DNA of 63,611 nucleotides, counting the filler, from Dimargaris cristalligena (lineage: Eukaryota): NCBI GenBank assembly GCA_003614675.1. It is 6 parts of 6 records of this genome, joined end to end, with 100 filler letters (N's around TTAATTAATTAA, not from the genome) between each part and the next. Parts side by side here need not be neighbours in the genome. Positions count along the whole stretch, not along the records: positions 10,645 to 21,184 come from ML003172.1; positions 21,285 to 31,807 come from ML003173.1; 4 more parts are not named here. The stretch is one strand, 5' to 3'. Below are positions 12,955 to 24,300 of this stretch, piece by piece. Position 1 is the stretch's first letter. Each line of letters begins with the position of its first letter. The position numbers and the translations under genes are program-made. The notes under the pieces were generated by a model. That model searched no databases. It saw only the letters and a program-made list of their open reading frames with translations, and had not been told where the DNA came from.

Positions 12955-14470
12955 TCAATAATTCAGTAGTTTGGGAAGGCGACCAAGAACAAATTCCACC
13001 ATTTTGGTGCTGAACCACAGGCTATCGTTATTGTCGGTGATGGTTTCAAGACACTTCGCCACTACCTTGGGGGGGATAATGCCCGCCTCCTCGCGTACTT
13101 TGGCGACCATAGCAATGGCGTCATTCGTATACTCCGGATGCCCCTGTATCGTCAGAATCTGGTTTCCCTTGACCATGCCGTGGTTGCTACACATACTAGT
13201 GGACCCGAGCACGGAGAAGCCTTCGGGACACCCAGTGACAATGTCCTGAAAAATAACCCGTTGTTACAGTGGCCAATAGATTACAATGATGAATTTGGTA
13301 TAATGAAGGGCGGGTTAGTGAACGCATAGGGTCTGTGCATGTGGCTCGCATTAGTTGGTATGCGCAACCGTAGATATGCTATAGGATTAGGATAGATGTT
13401 GTAGTTTTCTACTACAATGCACTGCCAATCATACGCCAGCTAGAGCACTCCGACATGAGAGAGAGAAAGAGAGAGATCTCAGTGATCAGATCGATAGCGA
13501 TGCCTGGTGGGGAACTAAGGTAATTCGGCCCACTAAATAATAAGCGTGAATACAAGCAAGTGCGCCTGGGCCATTGTCAATAAGGGAATTTACTTACCCG
13601 GTGAAGTTGCAGGAGTTTCTAAAGGTGACGAGCATGGGTTCAATTATAACATGGAAGGGTAGCAGCCCCAATTAAAAAAGACCAGATATGGCGGCAGGGT
13701 AAGTGTATTGCTACTATATTCCGCTGGTGGTACTGCGTGACCGTGGTTCCCAGTGTGAAATACCATCACCAGCCACCGCAGTCACATATTCCATAGAATA
13801 CATGCACCAAAGGCCCAGTGTCTCTAGTAAATCTCCAAAGCTGAGTCATCAAGCCCAGGAGTGTGTCATAAAAGTATTACAGGCTCATATCTCTCAAGGA
13901 AATTACACTAGCATCTGCCCACCTAGGTCCTTCTTTAAAGTGACCAGCGCATTTCCCTTGGTCTATACGGCCCTTATTTAGGGACCCATGACTTACCATA
14001 GTGGACCGGTTCTGACCCAGCAATTCGCGGCCTAATTCGGAGAGGCGAATGTCGTAATTACCCAGTTCCCAACCCAACGAATTGGCCTTAACGGGTGTAC
14101 CAAAGGCCCGGGCGATAATTTGGTGACCAAAACAGATACCCAGCCACTTAGTTTGCGGATAATGGGTGGTGGTGGCCTGAACGTAGCTGACCAGGCGGTT
14201 TATCCAAGGAATGTTTTCGTAGGAACTGGCCTTGGACCCGGTGATAAGAAGGGCGTGGTAGGCCGAAGGGTCCTCGGGATAGTTTCCCGGGCCCTCCGGA
14301 CCTACGTCAAAGGCCTCCGTCTCAACGTGGACGGGTGGATACAGCGACTGGCCGGCGAGCTGGAGACAGCGGGTGAACATGCATTGGTAGTCCCCATGCC
14401 GCTTGACCACTTCGGCTATAGGGGAATCCGTAATGAGCAGGGCAATGCGTAGAGTAGAACCAACCGTCAT
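12955..14470 (-). CDS. Class I glutamine amidotransferase-like protein (YLR126C-like); exons 14470-13997, 13618-13598, 13245-12955
   Basis: LLITGS, nucleophile elbow LGICFGHQ, GWELG, spliced QLHRDIV and QGHPEY catalytic His-Glu. GTAAGT donors and YAG acceptors are all phase 0. Confidence 0.92.
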
Positions 14471-16814
14471 GGTGCAATGGGGGAGTAGAAGTAAATATAG
14501 TAGGGAGGGGAGAGAGTAAACTTGACTGGTCGGAAATTATTTCCAAAATAGGGGTGCGACGAAGGCGGTAAGTAGCGAAAGTTGGGCATGCAAAAAGTAT
14601 AGTATAATAGTCCAAGGCTGAGGTGCGACATACGAAGCTTTTATATATATAAAGAAACGAAGAAGGAAAGGTAAACACGACGAAGCCAAAACGACGACAA
14701 GCCCTACTACTCTATGTAGGCAGGGGGAGAGAAGTCACACCATGACGACGTTGGGATTGGCGGGCTCCTTGTTTGACCAGCTTACCTATCTTGTAAGCGA
14801 CTGGCCCAGCCCGATAAGATCAGCAAACCACAAATGGGAGGTCAGTGATTTAATCAAAGCACGCACTGTATCATCTGCCACCAGGTATAGAGCCCACTGT
14901 CCAGTATGTTGTATTCCCCGTTAGGTTGAACTGTATTCGTAAGTCCAGGCTTGCGTGCCATCATTGCAATGAGGTGTTTTCCATTACCGAGGGAGAAGTC
15001 ATCCCGATGACTATAACCAAGCAACCCTCACGACAATCCAGGGGGGCTGGAATGGGGGGCATCATTGGATTTTGGCCGGTAATTGATGCAAGGCCGCTTT
15101 TACAATTCAAAAGATTTAACTGTATCTATAGTTCGGTAGGCATTTCCAAGTAGGCGAACATTTGAAGACCTTTGTGTTAAATAATAGCGACCTCTCACGA
15201 ATTTTCGGTTGGAATACCAAATATATAACTTATATACCTCCACCATTAAACCAGTTTCGAATGAAAGCCAGGTATTACCCTTTAAAGGTGGACTGGCCTA
15301 ACTGGTATCACGGAGTCACCCAGTTATACCTCAAAGGCTGTGTCCTCGAAACATGGTGGACTGTCCGTATTCTGAAAGGGGCGGCCAAGTCGATTCCGAT
15401 TCTTCAGCATCAAGGACTACATAGGAGAAATCGGCCTACTACAGTTTGGTTGCAAGTTATGATTTAGTCCACGATATAAATGCTGATGTCATGCCTGTAT
15501 GAGACCCAGTAAACTAGTGCAGTTAGTTGGGTATTGGGCCCACAAGTTAATGTACATTGGGCGATAAATTCGCCATTCAAAGCCCAACTATTGAGCTATT
15601 TCTAGGGGCATGAGGGCTGGGTGCGTTGGAGGCTGCTGTTTCAAAATAAAACGACCCCATGACCAGCTCTTGATTTAACTAGTCGTCATCTTACAGACTA
15701 TAGCTAAACGGCGACAAATTAGTGTAAGTCCATAGCCAGGCTGCATTAATTCCCATGAGACAAATTAAGTATCGGGTATACAAGGAATCCTGGAGACTTT
15801 AGTCAAACTACCGGTATAGATACCATCTACTTCAGGAATTTCAGTATGTAATGCCACTAACACTTGTATGAAGACTGGTTTTACAATCCCTTGTTTAACA
15901 AACTGGACAGTCAAAGTTCGTTGGCGGAGAGGCTTGAGAGAGAGAGAGGGTTGCATAAAATGAATGAGTATGAGACCGTTCCCTAGTTCTTAGTCCTGTA
16001 CATGTTGAGCGGACTAGAGCACCCAGAATTGATCAAGAAACCCCCAATGTTGGGTCTACAACTAGGGCATAACTGCTCTCAAGTAAGCAACACCCCGGTA
16101 AAGGAGAGAACCTAACAATACTACCAGGACCAACCTTGCTATGACTGCACCAAACCCACCATCAAGCGTTAACACCCAGGTCCATAATAATAATGTGCTT
16201 AATGGCATCTCCATATTGAACGAGGGTGAAGGCCCTCCGCATAGATAATAGGAGTGCTTACTCCCATTCCTTCTCTATCAGCACCTTTAATCCTCCAATA
16301 TTTAAGTAAGATCCGGTTTGCCACATTAGGGTCCCGTAGATGACTGTGATTCTACCTGTTCGCTATAGTTGCACACACTCCTATGCTCACGATTTGCCAT
16401 TCCCAGTTGCACTAATAAGATGCTTTTTTGACCATTTGGCCTACTTATATGACTGGATAAACAAGTGTAATGTGCGTATAGGGGAAATTCAACTTAGCTG
16501 TAAATCATTGTGGTAGGAGCATGGCTAGGTGTGCTAAATACACCTATTTTGTTATTTAGTAATTCCTATTGCCAGCCTTGGTTGTCTAACTAATTACTCC
16601 AAACTAGTGGGTCACCACTGCTCCTTTGATACGCCATTAATTGAGTATATATCCCTGACGTTACCAGCCAGGTCGCCACTAGATTGGAGATTTCACTTTT
16701 GAAAAGTATGTCCCATCGAGTATATTATAAGTATCCCGTTGCTGATCAGCTCTGCTGGTGTATTCAGGTATTCTATATCCCCTCATTGAAACCCCTTAAA
16801 ATGATCCTTGCTAA

Positions 16815-16925
16815 CTACACTATTCTACAAAACTAAATACCTAGAGGTATCAGCCATCCTCTAGCTGCTTTCTTCCCTTCTATACAGTTTCATCGATCCT
16901 ACTTTGGCATTCCCAACATCCACCA
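16815..16925 (+). repeat. Dispersed ~110-bp repeat, copy 1 of 3
   Basis: Core CCTAGAGGTA...CCTCTAGCTGCTTTCTTCCCTT is shared with 18721-18830 and 29071-29180. Confidence 0.7.
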
Positions 16926-18720
16926 ACCAGGATGTAGTATTGTCCAAGGAAGGAAAAGTAATATAATAGGTACCCAAGTGCGGTGTACAAACTAGGGGGG
17001 GGCATATATGCTTGTGTCGCTCAATGTGCTATACATATTGATGTAGTAATATTGAACAGCTGCGTGGCCTAGATGAGTATACATGGGGAAGGATGAGCCC
17101 AAGAGTGGCACCTAAGGATGACAATGGCGGCACAAGGTAGTTGGGAATATATCTCACTGTAGAACAAGTAAACCCCTCTTTATGTCCACACACCTACATT
17201 TTTTGAAGTATATCGTTCCCCCTATTCCCCCAACTGTTCTATAGTTAAACACATATATTATCTTTACATCATTTTTTATTTTCGATGCATAGTGGTTGAG
17301 GTTATGGAACGTCTTCGTTGCATTAACCGTATTTAACGGTTCTACAACCAGCTTGTAGGAATGCAAGGGGGGGGGGGCATCGCACCACCAGCATTGTCAT
17401 TGCGGTTTTTCGGTTAGCAAACATTGACTCGACAATTTGGTGTAATATTTTCGACTTGACCTAAGAAAGATAGGCTCGCCAACTCGGCGGCAATGGCCGA
17501 CTATTTTGTTTCTGTCAACAAAATGAATCCTTTGATATTTATGGCCAGCAAAATGTAAAGCAAATTTAAAAACCAGGTATCTCTCTTATCTCTATGTAGC
17601 CAAATTCCAATGGATTGGTTACCTAAAAGAAAAACGGGCCAGTTCGATCATAACTGATGATAATATTGGGTAAGGACTATTCCGAAAGGCCGAGCTGGAC
17701 CAAGTATTGGGGGACCACCACGTCGACTATGACTAGGTGGTGCTTAGAGAGCCCCAGTTTATTAAAGTAAAATATGCCACTAAAATACCTATAGAATCTA
17801 TACTCCCCATATACCTGAACCTCGGCTATTATTTTAGGATACCCTATCGCGATTACTATTCTTAGATAATATGCGGAAGGGATGCCCAGGCCATTGACGA
17901 CTATCTTGAAACTATTCATGGCCGAAACACCATAGATGTGTGAGCCGGGAAATGCCGCTGTGAGAGGCTGCCCCAATTATGGTTTGCCTCGCCACTACGA
18001 GATACGGCCACATTTAATGTCCATATATGATACCTCAGCCTTGATGTGGCGGTGTCCTTGTAGTACAGTGTGACCGATTATTAATTTCCTCGTCTGTTGA
18101 AAAAATTAACGGCCACATACATCCCTTGTTTCCTTTCGGTGCCTTGGCAATGGCCCAATTGGTTGGAGTGGCCTTTGTTTATTCGGCAGTTGAAGGTTGC
18201 CAAACTTGCCTATTTTAACCTCACCCTGGGTGGGCTGCGCAGGGTTATAAAAAGACGCCAACTTGCTCACTTCTATTTTTCACCCAGTCTTATGGTTTTA
18301 TCCCATATTTACAGCTTCATCCAGTTAATGCGTATTTGCTCTTTCACTTGATGAATACATAAATATATATAGGCCCATTTTATTCCACTACTTTCTTTGT
18401 CATTAGAATATAGTATCACTTATTTTCTATAATTTTTTATTCTTCATTTCTCTTCCATTTAAAATATTGCCCCAGTCCCCACTTTGCTTACCATAAGAAA
18501 CCTCATTTTATTCTTGAGTGCTGCACTGGCACACCTTAGTGTACCTGTGTTGGCTTAGCCTGTTTTTAAAAAATTCAACCAACTACTGGTGGAGCTCCAT
18601 GGCTTATTGAAGAATATATTCCTATGTGTTCTTTATTCTATCCTATTTTTACCCAATTATGTTAGTTTATTCTGCTATCATGAGATCATTTATGCTAGCC
18701 ACTTATATTTCACCCCACAG

Positions 18721-18830
18721 AAATTACAGTTCAATAAAACTAACTACCTAGAGGTACCTATTGTCCTCTAGCTGCTTTCTTCCCTTACTTCCAGTTTTAT
18801 TTCCTTTACAACCTTAGTATTCCAACATGG
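18721..18830 (+). repeat. Dispersed ~110-bp repeat, copy 2 of 3
   Basis: CAATAAAACTAACTACCTAGAGGTA..CCTCTAGCTGCTTTCTTCCCTTACTTCCAGTTTTATT. Confidence 0.7.
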
Positions 18831-19014
18831 CTTACTGGTACAAAATCTCCCACTATCTGGTCAAATAGCCACTACTAATGTCAACCATGAATTGAGGGCC
18901 ACAGTTTTGAGCCAAGCCCAGGGTATAAATACAAATGTAAAAGAACAATTTCACTATATAGTATATATTGTTTTCCAAGCCTTGCAAACTCTCAGCTAGT
19001 CAAACCTCCTAATC

Positions 19015-20290
19015 ATCTGTCTATAGGCCATCCTCATTATTATTGTGGCCCTTCCAGAATATGGTATACAAGTCAGCAGAAACCATGCACCCAATACTAA
19101 CCTCTGTGACCATATCTATGCCACTATCAACCTATTGAACCCATGCTTTTTTCATTCAATTAGGCCAAAACCCTTCTTTTGGCTGATCCCCTCAGTTACT
19201 ACAGTTCAAACATCAGTACTAGTGAGGCATATAAGAAATTGCTGGACTTTAGCCCCCTCATTGGCAACCTTATTCAATCAATTGTCATCCAATCCATCTA
19301 TGTGAGCCTCACTGCCCTTTGCTTTGATAAGTTGGGCTATCTGTACCCAGGTACAGGCAGCCAGTTCCATTCCAGACCTTCATTTGCTACCCTTGTAACT
19401 GCTATCCAGGCTTTCAAGCCAGAGCTTGAATGGCTAAACAAAAACACCCAAGCTCTGAGGGCCATCAAAAGCTCTGTGGAAAGGTTTGATGCATTTTTCC
19501 CCATTCTGGGCAAGATCCAAACCAATGATTCCAAAAACTTGGCTCCCATTATAAAGTACCTGTATAGTGATACATTCATTAAGGCCATGTGTCACTAGTC
19601 AGAACATTGGGTGCCATTGAGCTACGTCAACTTTCTGACCATTCTTACATTCACCAACACACCCAGGATTATTGTTCAGTCTGATACTGTCCAAATGGCT
19701 GACATAATTAGTAGACTTGTGCTGGATATTATAAGATGACATCTGATTAGCACATTGAGTCAAGCAGTGGGGATTCTCATGGTGCAAACCAACAACCCTC
19801 AACCGACCATGGATACTAGTAGAGTGATTAATCTAATGAATGTAGAAGATGCCCAAAATATGGTGGGGATGGATTTCATCCCCAATACTACTAGGCCTGG
19901 GCATCTAGAAGGCGATGGGGGGTGGATGCCGAGCTGCCCCCCAGGCCGGTTTCTGCTCCATCAATGCTGAATATGGTTATACTTGTTGCAGAAATCCAAC
20001 AAAGACAACATCTTGTCCAAGCCCTTTCAGATGCTAGGTATATGAGTCAGCCCCATGATATTCTGGGCTACTGTGCCGTTGATGCTGGTATTATTAACCA
20101 CACTCTTCTCCCAAGAAATTGGCCCACCCCTAATGTGGAATGTCTCACCCATCAGCTGTGAGTGCCAGAGAGTGAAATTTCCCAATTTTTCCAAAGTGCT
20201 TTCCCCAGTAATGACCACCCTATTTTCCTGGATACCAGTGGTGATGCTTCAGTTTAATTCTACCTGTTTCATGTGGAAGCCACTGAATTA
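19015..20290 (+). pseudogene. Decayed gene for a probable secreted protein of unknown family
   Basis: TATAAAT at ~18924. A broken signal-like start (L*AILIIIVALP) is followed by a chain of protein-like ORF pieces (19045-19305, 19179-19598, 19755-19970, 19922-20161) separated by stops and frameshifts in CpG-poor DNA. Confidence 0.45.
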
Positions 20291-21184
20291 AGTATTCCCA
20301 AGGACCTTTCACCCAATCCCATTTAATTTGGGTTTATGTTTCCTATGGATTTAGCAACTAGGTTGCCAGTTGATGGTGAGGCACCACCACAATCCTAACT
20401 TTATAGTATCTATTATCTGTTGGGGTTAGCCTATCCCTATCTAATAGTATGTAAATTTTATTTACAATTTATTTGAACCTTAAAGTGTCTATATTCTTAT
20501 TTAGTTATTAGATAGAAAATATCTCAAAATCACTTCTGCTCTTCTAATAAAAACAAGATTAACACATATTCCATAATGCCAGTTGTTAGTTAGTATTTAG
20601 TCTTAAAAATATTTCAAAATGGGAGTAGTTCAATAAGGCTATATAATGAAAAATGCATTAAATCAGGAAAATACAATAGGCAAAAAATACATTACCTACC
20701 TACTTTCTCATAGACTTATCATTAAAACCTTTATGCAGTTAGGTTAATTATCACCCATATTATTGAAAAATATATCCTAGTAGGTATATTATTAGCATCA
20801 TGTTTCTGATTATTAAACTATCTAATCCACCTTAATCCAGATAGCTTAGACACATAACCCTATTAGGCCTTATCATACTATATTAGCTTTCCCATGTATT
20901 GGCCCTCCTAATCCAACTTAACCCAGACTTAACAGTCATCTATCCTTATTAGGCCTTCTAGTACCATATTAACCCTCCCATAATCACCCTGGTACTATGG
21001 GATTATCATCTATTATATAACCCTTGTAAAGAACTAAAAACAAATCCTTGAAAACTGAACTTTATTTGAAAAAATAAATGATAAGAAGGGAAAGATAATG
21101 ATAGACTTGCTGTTCCAAGAGGTCGCAGTAAGGGGGAGTATTTATACTCAAAAGGGGAAGCCTAAATGAAAAGATAGATGAATA

Positions 21185-21284
21185 NNNNNNNNNNNNNNNN
21201 NNNNNNNNNNNNNNNNNNNNNNNNNNNNTTAATTAATTAANNNNNNNNNNNNNNNNNNNNNNNNNNNNNNNNNNNNNNNNNNNN
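21185..21284. other. Artificial contig linker
   Basis: N44-TTAATTAATTAA-N44. Confidence 0.97.
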
Positions 21285-21348
21285 CATTATTGTCTTTTCT
21301 ACTCTGATAGTCCGCGATTAGTCCTTCGACAACCCCTTCTCCTTCATC

Positions 21349-24300
21349 ATGTCCAACGCGGATTTCTCCGATGACCTGCCCAATGACGACCTTCCCCAGC
21401 CCCCGCCGCGCAAAGTAGCCGGTAAACGCCCCGTGTCGTACTCCTCCTACCCACCCCCACCACGTAGTCATTCGTCGGCCTCCGGTTCCGAGGAAGGCAG
21501 TGGCAGTGACGTCGATTCCGAGGAAGAGGAGGATGACGACGACGAGGCCGCTGTCTCCGAAATGCGACAATCCGGTTTCATCGTGGATGATGAGGACGAG
21601 GACGAAGAGGACGATTTGAACCATCGATCGCGCCATCATAAAAAACGCCATCACCGGGAGCGTTCCCCGCCGCGGGATCAATCGCATTCACCCGTCCGCC
21701 CACGCGCCACCACTGACCGATCCCGGTCGGCCTCCCCCCGGTCCGACGAAGGGAGCGAGCCCAGTGACCGGGAACGCGACGGCGGCCGGCACCGGCATAA
21801 AAAGAGACGCAAAAAGGGCTACACTTCCGAGGAGGAACAGCTGGATGATGAAGACCTAGCCCTTATGGAGGAAAACCTGGGCTACTCTTCCCATGCCCGG
21901 CCCGCCGAAAACAAGTTGCGGCGCCTCCAACGGGGCCGGGGATCCGCAGCCGCGCACCGGGAACCCCGCGAACGGGAGGAGGATCTCAGTCGTATGTTTG
22001 ATGAAGAGGAGGATGTCCCCCGGGACTCCGGACGGGCCCGGGGGTACGGATCGGATGAGGATCGCGTGGGGGGGCACTCAGCCTACCGCCGCTCGAGTGC
22101 GGGTCGGTCTAATTACCACCACGATGAGATGGAAGATTTTATCGCCAACGAGGACGAGGATGAAGACGATGGCTACGGCCGGGGCCGCTCCGTGGGTCAT
22201 GGTGATAGGGAAGAGATTGTATTCGATGACGAGAATGACCTGGATCAAGATGAACTACCGGCTGGACTCGATGACGAAGCGGTTGGGGATTACCGCCGGA
22301 CCGTGAGTAGCAAATCACGGGCTGCCATGGCGTCGATGATCCCTGACTCCATAGGCCAAGGTCTCGACCCGGAGACCTGGCAAAACCTCTTCGAAGTGTT
22401 CGGTGACGGAACCGAGTACGACTTTGCCCTGGAAGTTGCCCCTCCTGCCGCACCCGGCCGACGGGGTGCCCGCGCGGTCGGTGGTCTGCACGATGGCGAC
22501 GACGGATACGGCGGGGATATGGGCGACGGCGATTTTCCGGAGGTTCAACTCAAGGATATCTTCGAACCCGCTGAACTGGAACATAAACTCATGACCGATC
22601 GGGACAATATCATCCGGGCCCGGGATATTCCCGAGCGCATGCAAATCCAAATGGAGGTCCTAACCCCCTATTCGGCCTCTACCAACGATGATTACGATGA
22701 TGAGGGCACCGACTCCGCGCGACGGGGTGCCAAGTTCTCTATGTCGCGGCAGTTAACCGATCAGGAGGTAGAGGAGCAAACTGAATGGGTTCTGCAGCAC
22801 CTGCGTCAGCCCCAGCACGAACACCAACTTATGGAATATACGGCCGCCGTGATTAATGTATGTCGCTTTATTGGCCAGGACTTCCTGGAAGTCCCCTTTA
22901 TTGCCGCCAATCGCCAGGACTACCTCATGTACACCCACCAGGCCATGTCCGACTCCCTGGCCGACGGTCAAGACTCACGACAGGCCATTCTCAACCGCGA
23001 TGACCTGTGGTCGCTCTTTGACCTGGATATTAAATTCCGGACCTTTGTGGAACGTAAGCACGAGGTGGCCGAATTGGTCCGCAAACTGGAGCGGATGGTC
23101 CCCACCACCCAGACCCCCGAGTCGGATACCTACCCCCTGAGCTATATTCACCGTATCCTGGAGCAGATCCAGTCCGTCGAGGAGGTACATGATCTAGTCG
23201 AGTATTTGCATTTGATTTACGGTGGTCACTTTTCCCGGCTTAGGCTTCGTAACGGGAACCCGTCGACTCGGGGACTTGACAACGACTTGGAGGACTTGTC
23301 GTTAGGGCGGGCGGAGAATGGCCCCTCGGGTCTCAAACGGCCCCAGAAGCACGTTCTCTACGAAAAGACCCGCCGGTCACCCGTGGCCGCTTTCGCTGCC
23401 CGGGCCGCGATGTCCTCACAGCACTTTGCCACGAACTACTGTGAGCAAAATATGCAATACTTCCCCGAAAGTCCCTCGGAGGGCATCGAGGAATTGGCCG
23501 CCAAGTTTATTTCGTCGGAGTTTGGTTCCACTATCACGGTTTCCAAGGCCGCCAAGGCTATGCTGGCCCTGGAAATCGCCTACGATCCACTGATCCGTAG
23601 GCAGGTCCGGATGGTCGCCCAGTACTGCACGGTGGTCTCGGTGGAGCCCACGCGGAAGGGCGAGTTCGCCATCGACAACCTGCACCCCTACTACCCATTT
23701 AAATTTCTGCGCCAAAAGCCGGTTGCGGAATTGACCGAGTCGGGGCAGTTTCTGTCTATTCTCAAAGGTGAACAGGACGGCCTATTGTCTGTCCACATTG
23801 GGTTCCCCCCGTCGTCCAATATCCTCGATGCCATGATCAAGTTCTACGAAAGTACCTATGTCAGCGAAACGGCCCAGAAATGGAACGCCTTCCGTCGGGA
23901 GATTCTGCAAATGGCCTACAAGGAATACCTACTGCCCCTGGTGGAGAAGTACTCCCGCGAATGGCTCCGCTCCAAGGCCGAGGAATGGGCCGGGCGTCAA
24001 GTGCAGGCCGCGCTGGAGCGCAAGCTTAATGTTAAACCTTGCTTGCCTTACCGGATGAAGGAAGGGCAGTGCCCCCGGGTGCTCTCGCTCACGTCGGTGG
24101 AGGGGAAAAACGCCCGGGACTGCCCGGTCATGTGGGCCATGCTGGACAGCAAGGGCCAACTCGTGGAATCGGGCGTGATTGCCGACCTCCGCGACCCCGA
24201 CAACGCCAAATTGCTCATGGGCCTGCTGGAGAAGCGCCAGCCCGATGTGGTGGGTATCGCGGGGTCCAATTTAGCGACTAAACGGATGTTCGAAGATGTG

